Part shown: piece by piece, positions 46,436 to 56,385 of the stretch
How the letters are laid out: every line of letters starts with the position of its first letter
Position numbering within the stretch: position 1 is the stretch's first letter
Virus record (IMG/VR): IMGVR_UViG_3300045971_000208
Span: 4,676 to 68,675 of that record
Length of the DNA: 64,000 nt
Strand: one strand, 5' to 3'
Source of the DNA: a virus
Translations under genes and position numbers: made by a program
The notes under the pieces: model-generated
Databases searched by the model: none
The model's input: only the letters and a program-made list of their open reading frames with translations
What the model was told of the DNA's origin: nothing

Positions 46436-47569
46436 ATGTTGAAGATAACTGAAGTAGAAGTGTTTCGCGAGCTTGTAGAAGGCAAGGAAGAAATTCGTGA
46501 ATCCCTAATCGGTCATGGGTGTACTTCATTCTGCTACATGATCTCTGGACCAGACACTTTTGATTCGGCTGCTGCACGTGAGTGTCGTGGTATCGTTTTT
46601 GCTGGACCAGATGTAGTGGGTCGCCCATTGCATAAGTTCTTCAACGTGAATGAACGTGAAGAAACCTTGCTTCAGAACCTAGACTGGTCGAAGGTCGTAC
46701 GCGTTATGGACAAGCGAGATGGTTCAATGATCCACTCTGTTTGTACCATGGATGGTATCTTCTTGAAGTCGAAGAAGTCTTTCGAGTCAGATGTGGCTAA
46801 GGCTGCTGATTCGTGGATGCGTTCACCTCAAGGTAAGAATGTTTTCCAGATGGTTAATCATCTGACCGCATTCAACAAGACTTGCATCTTCGAATGGACG
46901 GCTCCATCGGCTCGTATCGTTCTCTTCTACCCAGAAGCTGAACTTCAGTTGCTTCACGCACGTGACAACTTGACTGGCGAATATATGGATAAGGAAACTC
47001 TCCATGGATGGGCAAAGGAATTTGGTGTGAAGGTTGTTGAGGAAGTTGACCTATCCAAGTATGGTGTTGACCTATCCAAGATGGACTTCAAGGCTGCAGA
47101 ACATCTGCATAAGACTGTTGAAGGTGTTGAAGGTTGGGTATTCCAGTTTGAAGATGGAAACATGGTCAAGCTGAAGACTGACTGGTACATCAAGCGTCAC
47201 CATGCTATGACGTTCGTTCGCGAACGCGACATTGCTCAGCTGGTTCTGGACGAAGGTCTTGACGACATGAAGGCAATGCTTGTATCTGAAAATGTGAACA
47301 TCGACCGCATTCTAGAAATAGAGCGTGATGTTGTTTATAAGCTGAACTCGTTGAAGCGCTGTGTTGATTGGACTGTTAAGGAATCCGCTGGTATGGATCG
47401 TAAGACCTTTGCTATGACCCACAATGGTCACCAATATTTTGCGCTGTTCATGAAGGCTTATGTTGGTGCAGAACCACCATACAAGGAATATTTCGAACGA
47501 AATATCCTGAAGCAGGAGTATGGTTTGGACCAAGTTGTAATGATGCCTACTATTGCTGAAGCTGACTGA
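46436..47569 (+). CDS. rnlA: RNA ligase 1 family
   Basis: ECRGIVF, KFFN, KRDGS (motif I), EGWV and VKLKT.WY motifs. Confidence 0.9.
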   Translation: MLKITEVEVFRELVEGKEEIRESLIGHGCTSFCYMISGPDTFDSAAARECRGIVFAGPDVVGRPLHKFFNVNEREETLLQNLDWSKVVRVMDKRDGSMIHSVCTMDGIFLKSKKSFESDVAKAADSWMRSPQGKNVFQMVNHLTAFNKTCIFEWTAPSARIVLFYPEAELQLLHARDNLTGEYMDKETLHGWAKEFGVKVVEEVDLSKYGVDLSKMDFKAAEHLHKTVEGVEGWVFQFEDGNMVKLKTDWYIKRHHAMTFVRERDIAQLVLDEGLDDMKAMLVSENVNIDRILEIERDVVYKLNSLKRCVDWTVKESAGMDRKTFAMTHNGHQYFALFMKAYVGAEPPYKEYFERNILKQEYGLDQVVMMPTIAEAD

Positions 47570-47877
47570 TGGATAAGAAAGCCAGACAACTTCAGGCTGA
47601 CTGGGAAGCCCTGCTCAAGAAGCATTCAAAGCCTCTTGAACGGGGCGCTCAAGCTTTTGGTGTGAAGACTTACAGGTTGAAACCGAAGGTTGAAAAGAAC
47701 CAGGAAGAACTGCAGAAGATTAGAAGCCTTGTTACACCTGGCGGAGATACACCAAAAAGCCCGCCCAAGATTTATAGCGGTGATAAAATGATTGGTATCG
47801 CTGTAGCGCATAAGAGCTGTTTGGTACCAATATTTTCAAAAGAGCAAGCTCAGGACATGTCAAAGATGCGAAGGTAA
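47569..47877 (+). CDS. conserved T4-like hypothetical protein
   Basis: Y.G....GIA..HKS..VP.F...A.DM..MRR. Confidence 0.75.
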   Translation: MDKKARQLQADWEALLKKHSKPLERGAQAFGVKTYRLKPKVEKNQEELQKIRSLVTPGGDTPKSPPKIYSGDKMIGIAVAHKSCLVPIFSKEQAQDMSKMRR

Positions 47878-47910
47878 TAAATACACTGACATAGTATTTA
47901 TTGGAATAAG

Positions 47911-48729
47911 ATGAAGCAGTTCAAACCGACATATCTTTACGTTAAGACCCATAATCAAACTGGGTTAAAATATTTTGGTAAAACATCCAAAAATCCGCAT
48001 ACTTATAAAGGATCTGGGAAATATTGGGTTAGACATTTGAATGTTTATGGTAGAGATATTTCAACTGAAATAATAGGATATTTTGAAGATGCTGTTGAAT
48101 GCAGCGCTGCTGCAATTGAATTCTCTGTGAAGAATAATATAGTTTCTTCAAATGACTGGGCTAATTTAATAAATGAGAATGGATTAGATGGTGGGGCTGT
48201 TGAACGTGCCTATCACCCGCACTCTAAAGAAACTAAAGATAAAATTTCAAAAGCTAATCGTGGAATGATTGCTTGGAATAAAGATAAAGTTGGAGTTACT
48301 CCCGGGAATTCTTCTATAAGAACTGAAGAAACAAAAAGGAAAATTTCGCAGACTTTAACTGGAACCAAACAATCAGCAGAGACAGTTCAAAAAAGAGCAG
48401 AAGCAAATAAAGGTAAAAAGAGATCAGCTGATTTTAAAAAACTGATTTCTGAATTGCATAAAGGTAAAAAACTTTCTGCAGAGCATATTGAAAAATTGAA
48501 AAATAGGATAGTGACTGATGATACTAAGGCTAAAATAAAGTTAGCAAGAAGTAAGCAGATATTTTCTGAAGAAACAAAACAGAAATTATCTGGTAAGGTA
48601 ATAGTAATAGATAAGTTAGGAAATGTTTTGAGAATACCTAAAGAGCAATATAGCTCACAATCTGGCCCTAAGGATGAATGGGAATACTTATTTCATCGTG
48701 ATAAACTTGCAACAATGCGGAGAAACTAA
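47911..48729 (+). CDS. Seg-like (GIY-YIG) homing endonuclease with NUMOD3 repeats
   Basis: YLYVK...GLKYFGK, Y.GSG..W, ANL..ENG; HS.ETK.KIS repeats. Confidence 0.85.
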   Translation: MKQFKPTYLYVKTHNQTGLKYFGKTSKNPHTYKGSGKYWVRHLNVYGRDISTEIIGYFEDAVECSAAAIEFSVKNNIVSSNDWANLINENGLDGGAVERAYHPHSKETKDKISKANRGMIAWNKDKVGVTPGNSSIRTEETKRKISQTLTGTKQSAETVQKRAEANKGKKRSADFKKLISELHKGKKLSAEHIEKLKNRIVTDDTKAKIKLARSKQIFSEETKQKLSGKVIVIDKLGNVLRIPKEQYSSQSGPKDEWEYLFHRDKLATMRRN

Positions 48730-48990
48730 ATGGTAAAAGTTTTTATTGATATGGACCAGGGTTTCCGCTGGTGGCCAGTAATGGAAGATGATCCTATTCA
48801 TGCTTACTGGCACAGGGATATGACGTTAGAAATTACTAATGAGCTAATGGCTGAATATAAAACTGCCTATGAAGCATATCAGGCAGTGCAGGAAAAGTTA
48901 GAAGCATTGTATAGGATACAAAATGGATATGAGCCACATCCAAGTCAAGTGGCTCCAGAACATAAGCTATTGGAGAAGAAAGATGAATGA
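48730..48990 (+). CDS. hypothetical protein
   Basis: GGAG SD. Confidence 0.7.
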   Translation: MVKVFIDMDQGFRWWPVMEDDPIHAYWHRDMTLEITNELMAEYKTAYEAYQAVQEKLEALYRIQNGYEPHPSQVAPEHKLLEKKDE

Positions 48991-50083
48991 TTTTGCTGAT
49001 GCTGAAAAGACCCTTGCTACCGCTGCAGTTCGTATGCAAGTAGAACGCAAGCTTGCTTCTGTCCGTAAGATAGATGACATTCGTCCTATCGAAGGTGCTG
49101 ATGCTATTGAAGTAGCAGTGCTTGGTGGATGGAAAGTTGTTGTCAAGAAGGGTGAATACACACCTGGTGATCTTGCTGTCTACTGTGAAATTGATTGCTG
49201 GATTCCTACTGAGATTGCTTCCTTCCTTTCGAAGGGAAAGGAACCCCGTGTCTATGAAGGTATTAAGGGTGAGAAGCTTCGCACTGTAAAGTTGCGCGGC
49301 CAAATCTCTCAGGGTCTTCTACTTCCTATGGACGTAGTTGATAACATTACTGTCACAGTAGGCGATGATGTGACATCGCATCTTGGTATTGTAAAGTGGG
49401 AACCAGTTCTTCCTGCTAATATGGCTGGGCAAGTAAAGGGCTTGTTCCCCAGCTTCATTCGCAAGACTGATCAAGAACGTTGTCAGAATCTTATTGAAGA
49501 AATCTTTGTAGAGAACAAGGATGCTCGCTACGAAGTTACCATGAAGCTTGATGGTTCTTCGGTCACTGGATACCGACTGCAAAAGGATTCAGGGGTTTGT
49601 TCTCGTAACCTTGAGCTAAAGGTTAATGACGAGAACAAAGATAATGCTCTAGTTAAAATGTTCCAAGGTTCAATGCTTCAAGCTGTGCTTGATAAGATTG
49701 CCGAGAACCTCGCTGTTCAGGGTGAGCTTATGGGGCCTGGTATCCAAGGTAACCGTGAAAACTTTAAGGACACAAAGTTCTTTATCTTTGATGTTCAGTT
49801 TATTGATGATCAAGAATACATGCGGCCAGATGTTAGAGCTCGCTTTATGCAAGAGCTTCTAGATTATGGTGTTGATGGGCAGACAGTGCAGCATGTTCCA
49901 GTTCTTCATATGAATGTTACTCTTGCTGATCTTGGTATTTTTAATGTTGAAGACCTTCTGAAGTTTGCTGAAGGTCCATCGATTAACCACCAGGTTCGGG
50001 AAGGTGTAGTATTCAAGCGAATGGATGGTAAGTTCAGCTTCAAGGCTATTTCGAATAAATTTTTGGAGCGAGAGAAGGATTAG
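48983..50083 (+). CDS. RNA ligase, Rnl2/DRB0094 family
   Basis: RKLAS...PIEGADAIE, KLRGQISQGL, KTDQER, KLDGSS, REGVVFK and SFKAIS motifs. Confidence 0.9.
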   Translation: MNDFADAEKTLATAAVRMQVERKLASVRKIDDIRPIEGADAIEVAVLGGWKVVVKKGEYTPGDLAVYCEIDCWIPTEIASFLSKGKEPRVYEGIKGEKLRTVKLRGQISQGLLLPMDVVDNITVTVGDDVTSHLGIVKWEPVLPANMAGQVKGLFPSFIRKTDQERCQNLIEEIFVENKDARYEVTMKLDGSSVTGYRLQKDSGVCSRNLELKVNDENKDNALVKMFQGSMLQAVLDKIAENLAVQGELMGPGIQGNRENFKDTKFFIFDVQFIDDQEYMRPDVRARFMQELLDYGVDGQTVQHVPVLHMNVTLADLGIFNVEDLLKFAEGPSINHQVREGVVFKRMDGKFSFKAISNKFLEREKD

Positions 50084-50795
50084 CCTTGCACATGTCTCCG
50101 TGATATCGACTAAAGTTTCTAACGTCGATATCACGGAGACAGTGCGGGCATTCTTTAAGAGCGGGAGGAATTTTATTCCCTGTTCTTTTACCCTCAAGCG
50201 ATTGATTTATTCTTGCTTGATGTTCAGGAGTTCTAACGTGGTTAGATAAACCTAAACTTATTTTTGCTTTATGATCTTCTGAAAATGGTCCGATAACTTT
50301 ACCTTTATTTTTAGCAGAAAGTTTTTGTTTTGTTTCTATGCTCCGTTCTTTACCAAACCCTGGGTGATTTTCTCCTGATAAGTATGTGGATTTATCTCTA
50401 AGCTGTTGGCCTTCGCTTATCTTTTTGCATACCTCTTCACTTCGTTCTTTGCCGAAAGCATGATGCTCTTGCCCAGATTTACAGTAAGCAGATGGTTTAT
50501 TGAACCAATGATGGTCTTCGCCCGATGGTGCTCCCTTGCCACCAGGTTTTTGATTTAGACAGTTAGGATCCGTTTTCCATAGATCACCAATGATTATTTT
50601 TTCAGCGGAGAATGCTTCTTCAGAAGAAGAATGCTCAGATATAACGGTTTTTATTCTTTGACTTCCAGGGAATGTTAGAAGTTTAGTGCCTGAACCTGTA
50701 TATCTATCTTTTTTGATGTCTATTTTAGAAGATCGTTTGCCAAAATAGTAAAGATCAGTATTTGCAATGTCGATACGGTAAATGTAGTGGAACAT
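50046..50795 (-). CDS. Seg-like (GIY-YIG) homing endonuclease
   Basis: Start at MFHYIYR...YYFGKR...Y.GSG; NUMOD3 repeats; C-terminal CPHC...H..C. Confidence 0.82.
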   Translation of the reverse strand: MFHYIYRIDIANTDLYYFGKRSSKIDIKKDRYTGSGTKLLTFPGSQRIKTVISEHSSSEEAFSAEKIIIGDLWKTDPNCLNQKPGGKGAPSGEDHHWFNKPSAYCKSGQEHHAFGKERSEEVCKKISEGQQLRDKSTYLSGENHPGFGKERSIETKQKLSAKNKGKVIGPFSEDHKAKISLGLSNHVRTPEHQARINQSLEGKRTGNKIPPALKECPHCLRDIDVRNFSRYHGDMCKANPSLAPKIYSK

Positions 50796-50840
50796 GATAA
50801 GAGTAGTAATAAATAATGTGTATCTATTTATGGAGAAAGT

Positions 50841-51005
50841 ATGAAATATCCAGTTGGAACAAAAGTAGAATGCAATGACTGCATTGGCACCGTAATAGAA
50901 AGTTTCAAATTGCCAAATGACATTTGCATTGAATGGGATGTCGGCATGAAATCTTCTTATGACGAAGAGTGGCTTGACGAGAATGTTTCTATCATCAAGG
51001 ATTGA
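50841..51005 (+). CDS. small protein (54 aa)
   Basis: Read by hand: GGAG SD, MKYPVGTKVECNDCIGTV... Confidence 0.65.
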   Translation: MKYPVGTKVECNDCIGTVIESFKLPNDICIEWDVGMKSSYDEEWLDENVSIIKD

Positions 51006-51047
51006 GGATAAGAGTTTGATAAATAAATCTAATGCATAAGGAATACC

Positions 51048-51356
51048 ATGGCTATAGAATTCAAATATCAAACCCTCTTTACCTGCTCAGTACCTGAGGG
51101 ATATACTGCGATTAAAGACTTCAATGAATTGATCGCGAGTGATGTTCCTCATACTGCTGATTCATTGATGCAAACTATACGATTATCATTCGATAATTCC
51201 GGAGTCGAAGTTGTTGAAATGGCAATGTCGAATGATTTAAATCATTGCGATATCCTTCTAAAGGGTGAAACAATTCCTATTCGAGTTATCATTCGATCAA
51301 GACCCTCTCTGGTTATCGATGGTACTATTTACAAACTTGAAGAATTCGATATCTGA
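51048..51356 (+). CDS. hypothetical protein
   Basis: AAGGA SD; GATAAATA upstream. Confidence 0.7.
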   Translation: MAIEFKYQTLFTCSVPEGYTAIKDFNELIASDVPHTADSLMQTIRLSFDNSGVEVVEMAMSNDLNHCDILLKGETIPIRVIIRSRPSLVIDGTIYKLEEFDI

Positions 51357-51411
51357 TTCAAGTTTAGGTTCCCTGCTAACGTTGATATAATAGATGAAAG
51401 GAAGCACACAA

Positions 51412-51882
51412 ATGGAACTACGTCTTTACTCTTTCGTAAATTTCTACCTCTCTGATATCCAAAAGGGTATCCAGACAGGTCATATGGCAGTTGATCTTGT
51501 TCGCGAATATGGTGATGAAGATATTCTGCCTAAACATTGTGATTTGGTTGCAGATTGGGCAGATAACCATAAGACATTCATTGTCTTGAATGGTGGAAAT
51601 AATCTCATGCTTGACAATACCGCAAATATTTGCGCATACAGCGGATTGCCCTGGACTACATTCTATGAAGATGAGGAATCACTTGGTGGTCTTCGTACCT
51701 GTGTAGGTGTTGTAGTACCAGAAAATTATTTCAATGCCACTTATTCTGCAGCAAATGGATTTGAGACCGTTGATATTGATGGTCGCATTATCTTCGATCA
51801 GAAGATTGATACACCTCCACCAAATTCCGACCAAGCAATCTTCAATCTCATCAAACTTCTGAAGACATCGAGACTTGCATGA
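51412..51882 (+). CDS. Pth2-like peptidyl-tRNA hydrolase fold protein
   Basis: LS.IQ.GIQ.GH, W...HKT.IVL and F.E...L....T.VG motifs. Confidence 0.7.
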   Translation: MELRLYSFVNFYLSDIQKGIQTGHMAVDLVREYGDEDILPKHCDLVADWADNHKTFIVLNGGNNLMLDNTANICAYSGLPWTTFYEDEESLGGLRTCVGVVVPENYFNATYSAANGFETVDIDGRIIFDQKIDTPPPNSDQAIFNLIKLLKTSRLA

Positions 51883-52331
51883 CAATTGAATATAGACATT
51901 ATTTGCGGTATGCACCTGCTGCTGGCATGATTGCGGCCATACTAGTAGTGTTAGGTATTGCAGTTGTTGTAATTCCTAAAGAAGAACCAAAGCGCACAGT
52001 TCAAGAAGTGCAGGTAGTTCAAGTAGCCCCGATTACTGAAGATGTAATGCTTGATTCAATGGTGCGAGCATGGTCTGACCCCATTTCACAACGCTTCAAG
52101 AAGGTCTGTTATGATGGGATTCGGCCTAATGCTAAGTACGGATTCTTTGTTCTGTATGGACCAAAGAATCCTAGCGATGGTGAAAATGTTATGGCAGAAG
52201 GATGGTGGTATGTTGAGCAGGAATTTTTCCGCACGAGTGCTGGCAAATACTACACCAACGATGTTCCAAGTTTAGAAAACAAAGCACACGTTTATCCAGA
52301 CGTAACTGGATTAGTTTGTAAGGATAGATAA
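51879..52331 (+). CDS. N-terminally anchored membrane protein
   Basis: Hydrophobic helix at about residues 12-31. Confidence 0.7.
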   Translation: MTIEYRHYLRYAPAAGMIAAILVVLGIAVVVIPKEEPKRTVQEVQVVQVAPITEDVMLDSMVRAWSDPISQRFKKVCYDGIRPNAKYGFFVLYGPKNPSDGENVMAEGWWYVEQEFFRTSAGKYYTNDVPSLENKAHVYPDVTGLVCKDR

Positions 52332-52927
52332 TGTCAAAAGCAAGAATAGTCGGTCTCTGTGGAACACACGGGACTGGTAAGAGTACCATCATCAATGGTA
52401 TTCGCGACCTCGGTTATAAGGTCAATCAAGCCCAGCTCTCTCGCTCAGCACAGAAAGCTTTAGGATGGGATACTCTATCTCGAGCACAAGAATCAAAAGC
52501 AAACATGTGGGCATTACAGTATGCCATTATGGATGCCATGTTCGATCGAGATCAAGAAGCACTCTCCACTGGAGAGATTGTATTAGTTGAAAGAACACCT
52601 GCAGATATTTGGGCATACACAGAAATGTGGTGTCGTCGTTTGAATATCGATCCAATCAACGATCAGCAAGCACGTGAATACAAAGCACAGTGCCGATCAT
52701 TTGCAGATAACTATTGCCGTTTTCTGTTCATCCCAGTATCAGAAGCAGTAAAGTTTGTAGCAGAACCAAATCGCGCAGACCTCGAAAGTAGAACTTTCGT
52801 TGACATCGCAATTAGAAAGTTCATCGAGTCAGGTGATCTTCCCCTCACAGAAATCAAATCGTCGGGTGTTGTTACCCGCATTGCTGAAGCTCAAACAGCT
52901 ATCTCTATTCAAAGGATGAAACTATGA
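52331..52927 (+). CDS. P-loop nucleotide kinase (AAA_28/NMP kinase-like)
   Basis: GTHGTGKST and LVERTPAD..AY motifs. Confidence 0.8.
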   Translation: MSKARIVGLCGTHGTGKSTIINGIRDLGYKVNQAQLSRSAQKALGWDTLSRAQESKANMWALQYAIMDAMFDRDQEALSTGEIVLVERTPADIWAYTEMWCRRLNIDPINDQQAREYKAQCRSFADNYCRFLFIPVSEAVKFVAEPNRADLESRTFVDIAIRKFIESGDLPLTEIKSSGVVTRIAEAQTAISIQRMKL

Positions 52928-53556
52928 AAAAGAAATCTACACAACAAACTCCTCAGTACGGTCTATGCATTGACTGGGAAACATCTGGTGCTACATGGGG
53001 TGGAGACTCTTCTAAAGACTACCAAGGTCTATCCTTTGGCGCTATTGTCTTTGATGCTAAGACCTTTGAAGAAGTTGAAAAAATTTATGTAGAGATCAAA
53101 TACAATCCTAAGTGGAAGTGGTCTACAGAAGCAGAAGCAATCCACGGTATGTCGAAAGAATACCTGGAAGAGAATGGTATCTCCCAAGAAGATGCAGCAG
53201 TTGCTCTTGCAGAACTTATCTTGAAGTATTGGGGCCCAGATAGTAAGGTGATGTTCATGGGTCATAATGCAGAATTTGACCGTCGATTCACTAATCAGTT
53301 GCTTAATCAAATTGAGATTGAATTCTCAGTTGAAAAACAAACTCAATTCACATCATGGATTCAGTTGCATCATGTCGTCCTTGATACATCGCCTCTTGGT
53401 TTCGTTGCAGTGGGACTTTTCAAGTCAGACTTGCTCTTTGAAAAGATGGGATTTGAACAACGCGGAGATCATAATGCTCTCCAGGATGCTGAACAGACTT
53501 TAGCAACTGCTAAAGGTATTCGAGACCTTGTAAATATTGCTCTAGAACAGCTATGA
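52924..53556 (+). CDS. DEDDh 3'-5' exonuclease
   Basis: IDWETSG, GHNAEFD, LDT and HNALQDA motifs. Confidence 0.9.
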   Translation: MKKKSTQQTPQYGLCIDWETSGATWGGDSSKDYQGLSFGAIVFDAKTFEEVEKIYVEIKYNPKWKWSTEAEAIHGMSKEYLEENGISQEDAAVALAELILKYWGPDSKVMFMGHNAEFDRRFTNQLLNQIEIEFSVEKQTQFTSWIQLHHVVLDTSPLGFVAVGLFKSDLLFEKMGFEQRGDHNALQDAEQTLATAKGIRDLVNIALEQL

Positions 53557-54210
53557 AACAATTCGGAAACCATTAGTATATTTTCCTGAATTTGATCTAT
53601 TGATGAGGGTACGCTGAAGCATTCCGTTATCCTTGCACCATTGTTTGCAACTGTGCAAGGTAAAGATTGTACCATCTGTGTCCTCTATCTTCCATATCTT
53701 TGCATTTGGATTATTTTTGCCAGTAGTCTGTTTTGATATTTGTTGTTTTCTTTCTTCTGTGAAAGTTTTACCGGTCCAATATTTCTTACTACCTTCTAAG
53801 AATGCATTTTTATGATCTTCGGAATGGAGACCACCGAGTTTTATTCCTTTCTTTTTTCTGGCTGCCATAGATGCTCGCATACTTGCTTTATGTTGATCTG
53901 ATTTCGGTCCAATAATTCCACCGTCTAGACCATTTTCACTTATTAAATTTGCCCACTTAGATGATTTAGCAATATTTTCTTGTTTAGAAAACATAGTAGC
54001 AAATTGTGTGCATTCATCTTTAGAATAAAACAAACAAAACCATAGCGTGATGACTAATTTTTTGCCGTGCTTCTTTATATGCCTCTGCCAATATTTTCCA
54101 GAGCCATGATAAGTATTGGGGTTTTTAACGGTCTTACCAAAATATAGCATACCTGTTTTAGAATGCTGCTTGATATAGAGAAATGTTGGTTTGAATGCTC
54201 GTAAATACAT
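53551..54210 (-). CDS. Seg-like (GIY-YIG) homing endonuclease
   Basis: FKPTFLYIKQH..TG.LYFGKT; paralog of 47911; minus-strand TATAAATA at 54272-54279. Confidence 0.85.
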   Translation of the reverse strand: MYLRAFKPTFLYIKQHSKTGMLYFGKTVKNPNTYHGSGKYWQRHIKKHGKKLVITLWFCLFYSKDECTQFATMFSKQENIAKSSKWANLISENGLDGGIIGPKSDQHKASMRASMAARKKKGIKLGGLHSEDHKNAFLEGSKKYWTGKTFTEERKQQISKQTTGKNNPNAKIWKIEDTDGTIFTLHSCKQWCKDNGMLQRTLINRSNSGKYTNGFRIVS

Positions 54211-54288
54211 TGCTGATACTCCTTGAAAGTGTTAGAGTGATTGGAGATGGCAGTCTCGTGAATCACAAAATTATTTATAGGAAACTGT

Positions 54289-54492
54289 ATGTCGGATAAA
54301 ACGTGGGTCCATGAAGGAACTGAAGTCAAGAAGACTGGAAGAGAAGCAACAAGAGTTGTAAAGACCCTACCTGGACAAGGTGGTCGTGTTATGATTCTTG
54401 TTGAGATAACTCCGGTTGAAGACTCAGACTGGAAGAAGTGGGTATCACCTGATCAGCTTTATGAAGTAAGGAATCGAAATGAAAACAGTTAG
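54289..54492 (+). CDS. hypothetical protein
   Basis: AGGA SD; EVKKTGR.A...EITP...WV motif. Confidence 0.75.
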   Translation: MSDKTWVHEGTEVKKTGREATRVVKTLPGQGGRVMILVEITPVEDSDWKKWVSPDQLYEVRNRNENS

Positions 54493-54724
54493 ATACTATC
54501 AAGTTTCCACACTGCAGCTTATTGTTATGGCGATTATCGTAGGCGTTATTGCCTCTGCATTGATCATAATAAATACATCTGTAAAGGAATATCTCCAGCT
54601 ACCACTTGTCACAACAACTACAGATGACAAATGTGTTACTGTTTCTAGCTTCAAGAATGGTGAAATTTATACTTGTAGTGATGTTGGGACTATCCTTAGA
54701 ATTTACAGAGTAAAAGTAAACTAA
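54479..54724 (+). CDS. small membrane-anchored protein
   Basis: N-terminal TM helix. Confidence 0.65.
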   Translation: MKTVRYYQVSTLQLIVMAIIVGVIASALIIINTSVKEYLQLPLVTTTTDDKCVTVSSFKNGEIYTCSDVGTILRIYRVKVN

Positions 54725-55845
54725 TGTCCAATTACATTATCTATCAATGCAACGTATGCCGTAGAACAAAAGATATTCTACGCGATAATTCTCGTGCAAT
54801 TCCTAACATGTGTATTATTACTAAAGGATGTACTGGAAGTTTGCTAAAGATAGGTAGCACTACTAGCCCTAGCAATACACCTAGTCAAGCGGGTTTAGTA
54901 GATTGGTACCCTAGAGGTCAATCTGTTGATGTTACGGCTTTAACATCAACAGAACAAACTATGAAATTATCATGCTCTGCAATCGGTGTATTATCACTTG
55001 CTGTTAAGGTCAATCAACAGTTCGTTGAATTGTATCCGTCATTAACAGTAAAGTTTATTCAGCGACGCATTGACGATATAGCATTTACACTATATCAGTT
55101 TAAAACAGCTTCATTATCAACTGACATTATATCTGGAAGAGATATTTCTGGGAAGATTTTAAGATTTAATCAGCTTGCCATAGACGAAGATAGAGTATTT
55201 GTTCGTGTGAATGGCGTGCTAAGTACTCTTAATTCTGATTTTACTCTTACCACTGATATCGTAACCTTTACAAATATTTTACCTATTGGGGCTTCTATAG
55301 AGATTTCAGTTTATACGGCTCGAGATACAATTTCGCGTGAATTAATATTTACAGCTAATAATTCTGTAAGTGCCACAGTTGGTTCAGGAGCATGGGGTAA
55401 CATACGATACTGCATAGATGATGACGGATATGAGTGGTGGATTTATTCTTGTAATTCAGTATCAACTATTCCAACATCAGCAAGATTAAAAATTTCTTCA
55501 ATTACTGCAGCTGGACCCGGTAATCCAGCACTCGGTATGCAAGATGTTAGAATATTATTAGCATCCCCACCCTACGAAAATGTAGACAGATACACTAATT
55601 TTTATATTGATGGGTCTGTTATGGCACAGGATTTTGTGTTATCGACATTACTAGGAACAGTGAATGAAATGTATGCAGATTATTCGGCAATGGTTGAGAT
55701 TTATCCACCACTTAAATTAGTATATAATACAACCATGACAGCTTCGTCATTCGTGACTAACGATGTATTTACGGCATCGTATGCCATCACAACAGATACC
55801 CCAGCAGTTAGATTATCCGGCACAAAGATTATTGGACCTGCATGA
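54724..55845 (+). CDS. hypothetical, probably structural protein with N-terminal Cys cluster
   Basis: YQCNVC...CIITKGC; beta-rich remainder. Confidence 0.7.
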   Translation: MSNYIIYQCNVCRRTKDILRDNSRAIPNMCIITKGCTGSLLKIGSTTSPSNTPSQAGLVDWYPRGQSVDVTALTSTEQTMKLSCSAIGVLSLAVKVNQQFVELYPSLTVKFIQRRIDDIAFTLYQFKTASLSTDIISGRDISGKILRFNQLAIDEDRVFVRVNGVLSTLNSDFTLTTDIVTFTNILPIGASIEISVYTARDTISRELIFTANNSVSATVGSGAWGNIRYCIDDDGYEWWIYSCNSVSTIPTSARLKISSITAAGPGNPALGMQDVRILLASPPYENVDRYTNFYIDGSVMAQDFVLSTLLGTVNEMYADYSAMVEIYPPLKLVYNTTMTASSFVTNDVFTASYAITTDTPAVRLSGTKIIGPA

Positions 55846-56384
55846 TTGCAAATAAAATACTACCTAGTTTCTATGTAATAGAAGCAGAAGGAAAAGCTAT
55901 TGATAGTATTATTTCTGGAAATTTCGGTATCTCGAAAATTATATTGGGGTCCTCAGATTTTCCTACAGATTTAGCTGCCACTGAAGCAATGCAACAGTCA
56001 GTTGATTTTATAACATCTAATTTAACAGTTGACTGGACACAAGTTGTTGAACACATAGATTTTAATCCTGATTTTTTTCCGTCATTGCCTGTTACAATTT
56101 CTGAAGAGCAAAAATTAGATTTGCTGACGCATGAATTAGCAATGCATGAATATGATACTGAAATGGCAAAATCAAATCAGCTGTCAGTATCAATGACAAA
56201 GCTATTTGATGCTATGGGAGATTATGTTGAGTCAAGATGGTCAATCGAATCTCCTGAATTTAAACTGACTGCTAAAATTGGGGTGAATCCCGACAAATAC
56301 ATGCAGCAAAAGATTTTTGACAAAATAGAAGCAAGCGATTATTTTGTATCTCGCGAAATTATTTCAAACACAACGTTTCATTAA
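55842..56384 (+). CDS. hypothetical protein
   Basis: ATGA overlap. Confidence 0.7.
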   Translation: MIANKILPSFYVIEAEGKAIDSIISGNFGISKIILGSSDFPTDLAATEAMQQSVDFITSNLTVDWTQVVEHIDFNPDFFPSLPVTISEEQKLDLLTHELAMHEYDTEMAKSNQLSVSMTKLFDAMGDYVESRWSIESPEFKLTAKIGVNPDKYMQQKIFDKIEASDYFVSREIISNTTFH

Positions 56385-56385
56385 T

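Noticed and set aside
47045-47080. 15-nt direct repeat GTTGACCTATCCAAG in rnl1 (also a 21-nt duplication at 32781-32822)
   Set aside because: In-frame micro-duplications with no sign of function.
50796-51071. N-terminal extension of the 341-aa minus-strand ORF
   Set aside because: It overlaps a + strand small gene and the late promoter; the endonuclease motif starts at ATG 50795.
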